From positions 620,001-684,000 of the forward strand of contig CM102286.1 in assembly GCA_046563655.1 (NCBI GenBank): 64,000 nt of DNA, read 5' to 3'. Origin of the DNA: Yuukianura sp. NJ FZ-2021. Lineage: Eukaryota. The notes beneath the pieces are model-generated. The model had not been told where the DNA came from, made no database searches, and was given only the letters and a program-made list of their open reading frames with translations. This document shows, piece by piece, positions 63,026 to 64,000 of the stretch; positions within the stretch are counted from its first letter, which is position 1, and each line of letters opens with the position of its first letter. A program made the translations under genes and the position numbers.

Positions 63026-63930
63026 TCAAAGATTTTGACGTTTTGAAAACCCCATAAGAAAAAAATAGAACATGAGACAAACCAATCTTCCAGTTCTATA
63101 CGATTCCACATCCGGATTAAATTCGCTTACGTCAACTAACATGACCTTTGGATTCCTTCCAGCTTCGAAACAGATTTCCAGAGCCTCTTGTGCCGTTAAT
63201 CCAACAGTTCCTGGAGCAGACACTCCTGGACAATCGTTACTCGAAATGGCATCGATATCAAAACTAACAAAAACAGCATCTCCCGCATTTTTCAAAATTT
63301 TAGCAAATTGTTTCGGAATTGATGTTTCTTCGTTTCGGAGTTGAGAGAGCCACAAGACTTGACTGTTCGGTTGACCCTGGACATACTGCACATGCTCTGC
63401 ACTGCACTGGTGACCTTGAGCGGCAAATTCAATCAAGTTCCCGCCGGAAGCTTTGAATAAAGGATCTTCACAGAGTTGTCGAAATGGTGATCCGGAGTGG
63501 GCGTGGCCAGATGACGTCAGTGGTCTTACGTCAAGATGAGCATCAATGTTAATGACAGTGACACCTAGCGGCACTTTTTCTGACGTTGTTAGACTTTCCA
63601 GAAGTCCTTTGGCGTTGGGATAACTTTGATCATTTCCACCACCAATGACGAACGGTATTACTCCATTTTGAATTAATTTCGCGACCTTGGCGCGTAAAAA
63701 GTCATGAGCGATTTCCAGGTCCAAATTGCTGTCAATGTCCCCGGCATCTCCAACCTTCAATCCGGTCAAATCGGCAGAGTATTCGGCATTTACGAGCGTA
63801 CCGATTCGGTTAATCAGAGATCGAATGGTGGTCGGTCCTTTGGCTGCACCGACGCGTCCGCCGTTTCTTCTGACGCCTTCGTCATACGGAAAGCCGAGGA
63901 GTGCAACATCACAACTTTTTAAATCATTCA
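63026..63930 (-). CDS. hutG: Formimidoylglutamase (HutG-type, arginase/ureohydrolase family), 5'-partial
   Basis: Motifs GFPYDEGVRRNGGR.GA..GP, GGGNDQS, INIDAHLDVR, HSGSPFRQL, SFDIDAI, PGVSAP and SEFNP. The ORF lacks an ATG and begins at a TTTTAG splice acceptor (63932-63931), so an upstream exon is likely outside the window. Confidence 0.88.
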
Positions 63931-64000
63931 CTAAAATTCAAAAATTGAGTACAATGCTAACTGAAACGTTTTAAAAATGTTAAAATATGCAAATATTTGT

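Noticed and set aside
61908..63930. Bacterial contamination or chimeric contig end
   Set aside because: The intergenic DNA has the same AT-rich character as the rest of the window, the HutG ORF starts at a splice acceptor, and the genes abut POLR3E. Read-level confirmation is still needed.

Overview
AT-rich, intron-containing eukaryotic (animal) DNA. A soil arthropod such as a springtail is my inference from the divergent ionotropic-receptor-like gene and the microbial-type enzymes; it is not proven. The window holds: (1) two paralogous Ryk/Derailed-like receptors with a WIF domain and TM helix but no kinase domain, the second hosting antisense nested MACPF-like and BTB-BACK genes; (2) TGS1; (3) an apparently intact 4.3-kb CACTA/CMC-type transposon whose empty site survives in a nearby duplicated segment; (4) a divergent IR-like gene and a Ser-rich coiled-coil gene; (5) a tandem array of seven three-exon genes for an unrecognised secreted propeptide family, invisible in the ORF track and lying tail-to-tail with a LanC-like gene; (6) GINS2, and POLR3E whose last coding exon is split by a 1.1-kb foldback element; (7) two adjacent microbial-type enzyme genes (GH18 Endo H-like and formimidoylglutamase), which are horizontal-transfer candidates. 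Several MITEs with recognisable TIRs and TSDs are present. All gene models were built by eye from GT-AG sites and frame continuity, and no searches were run.
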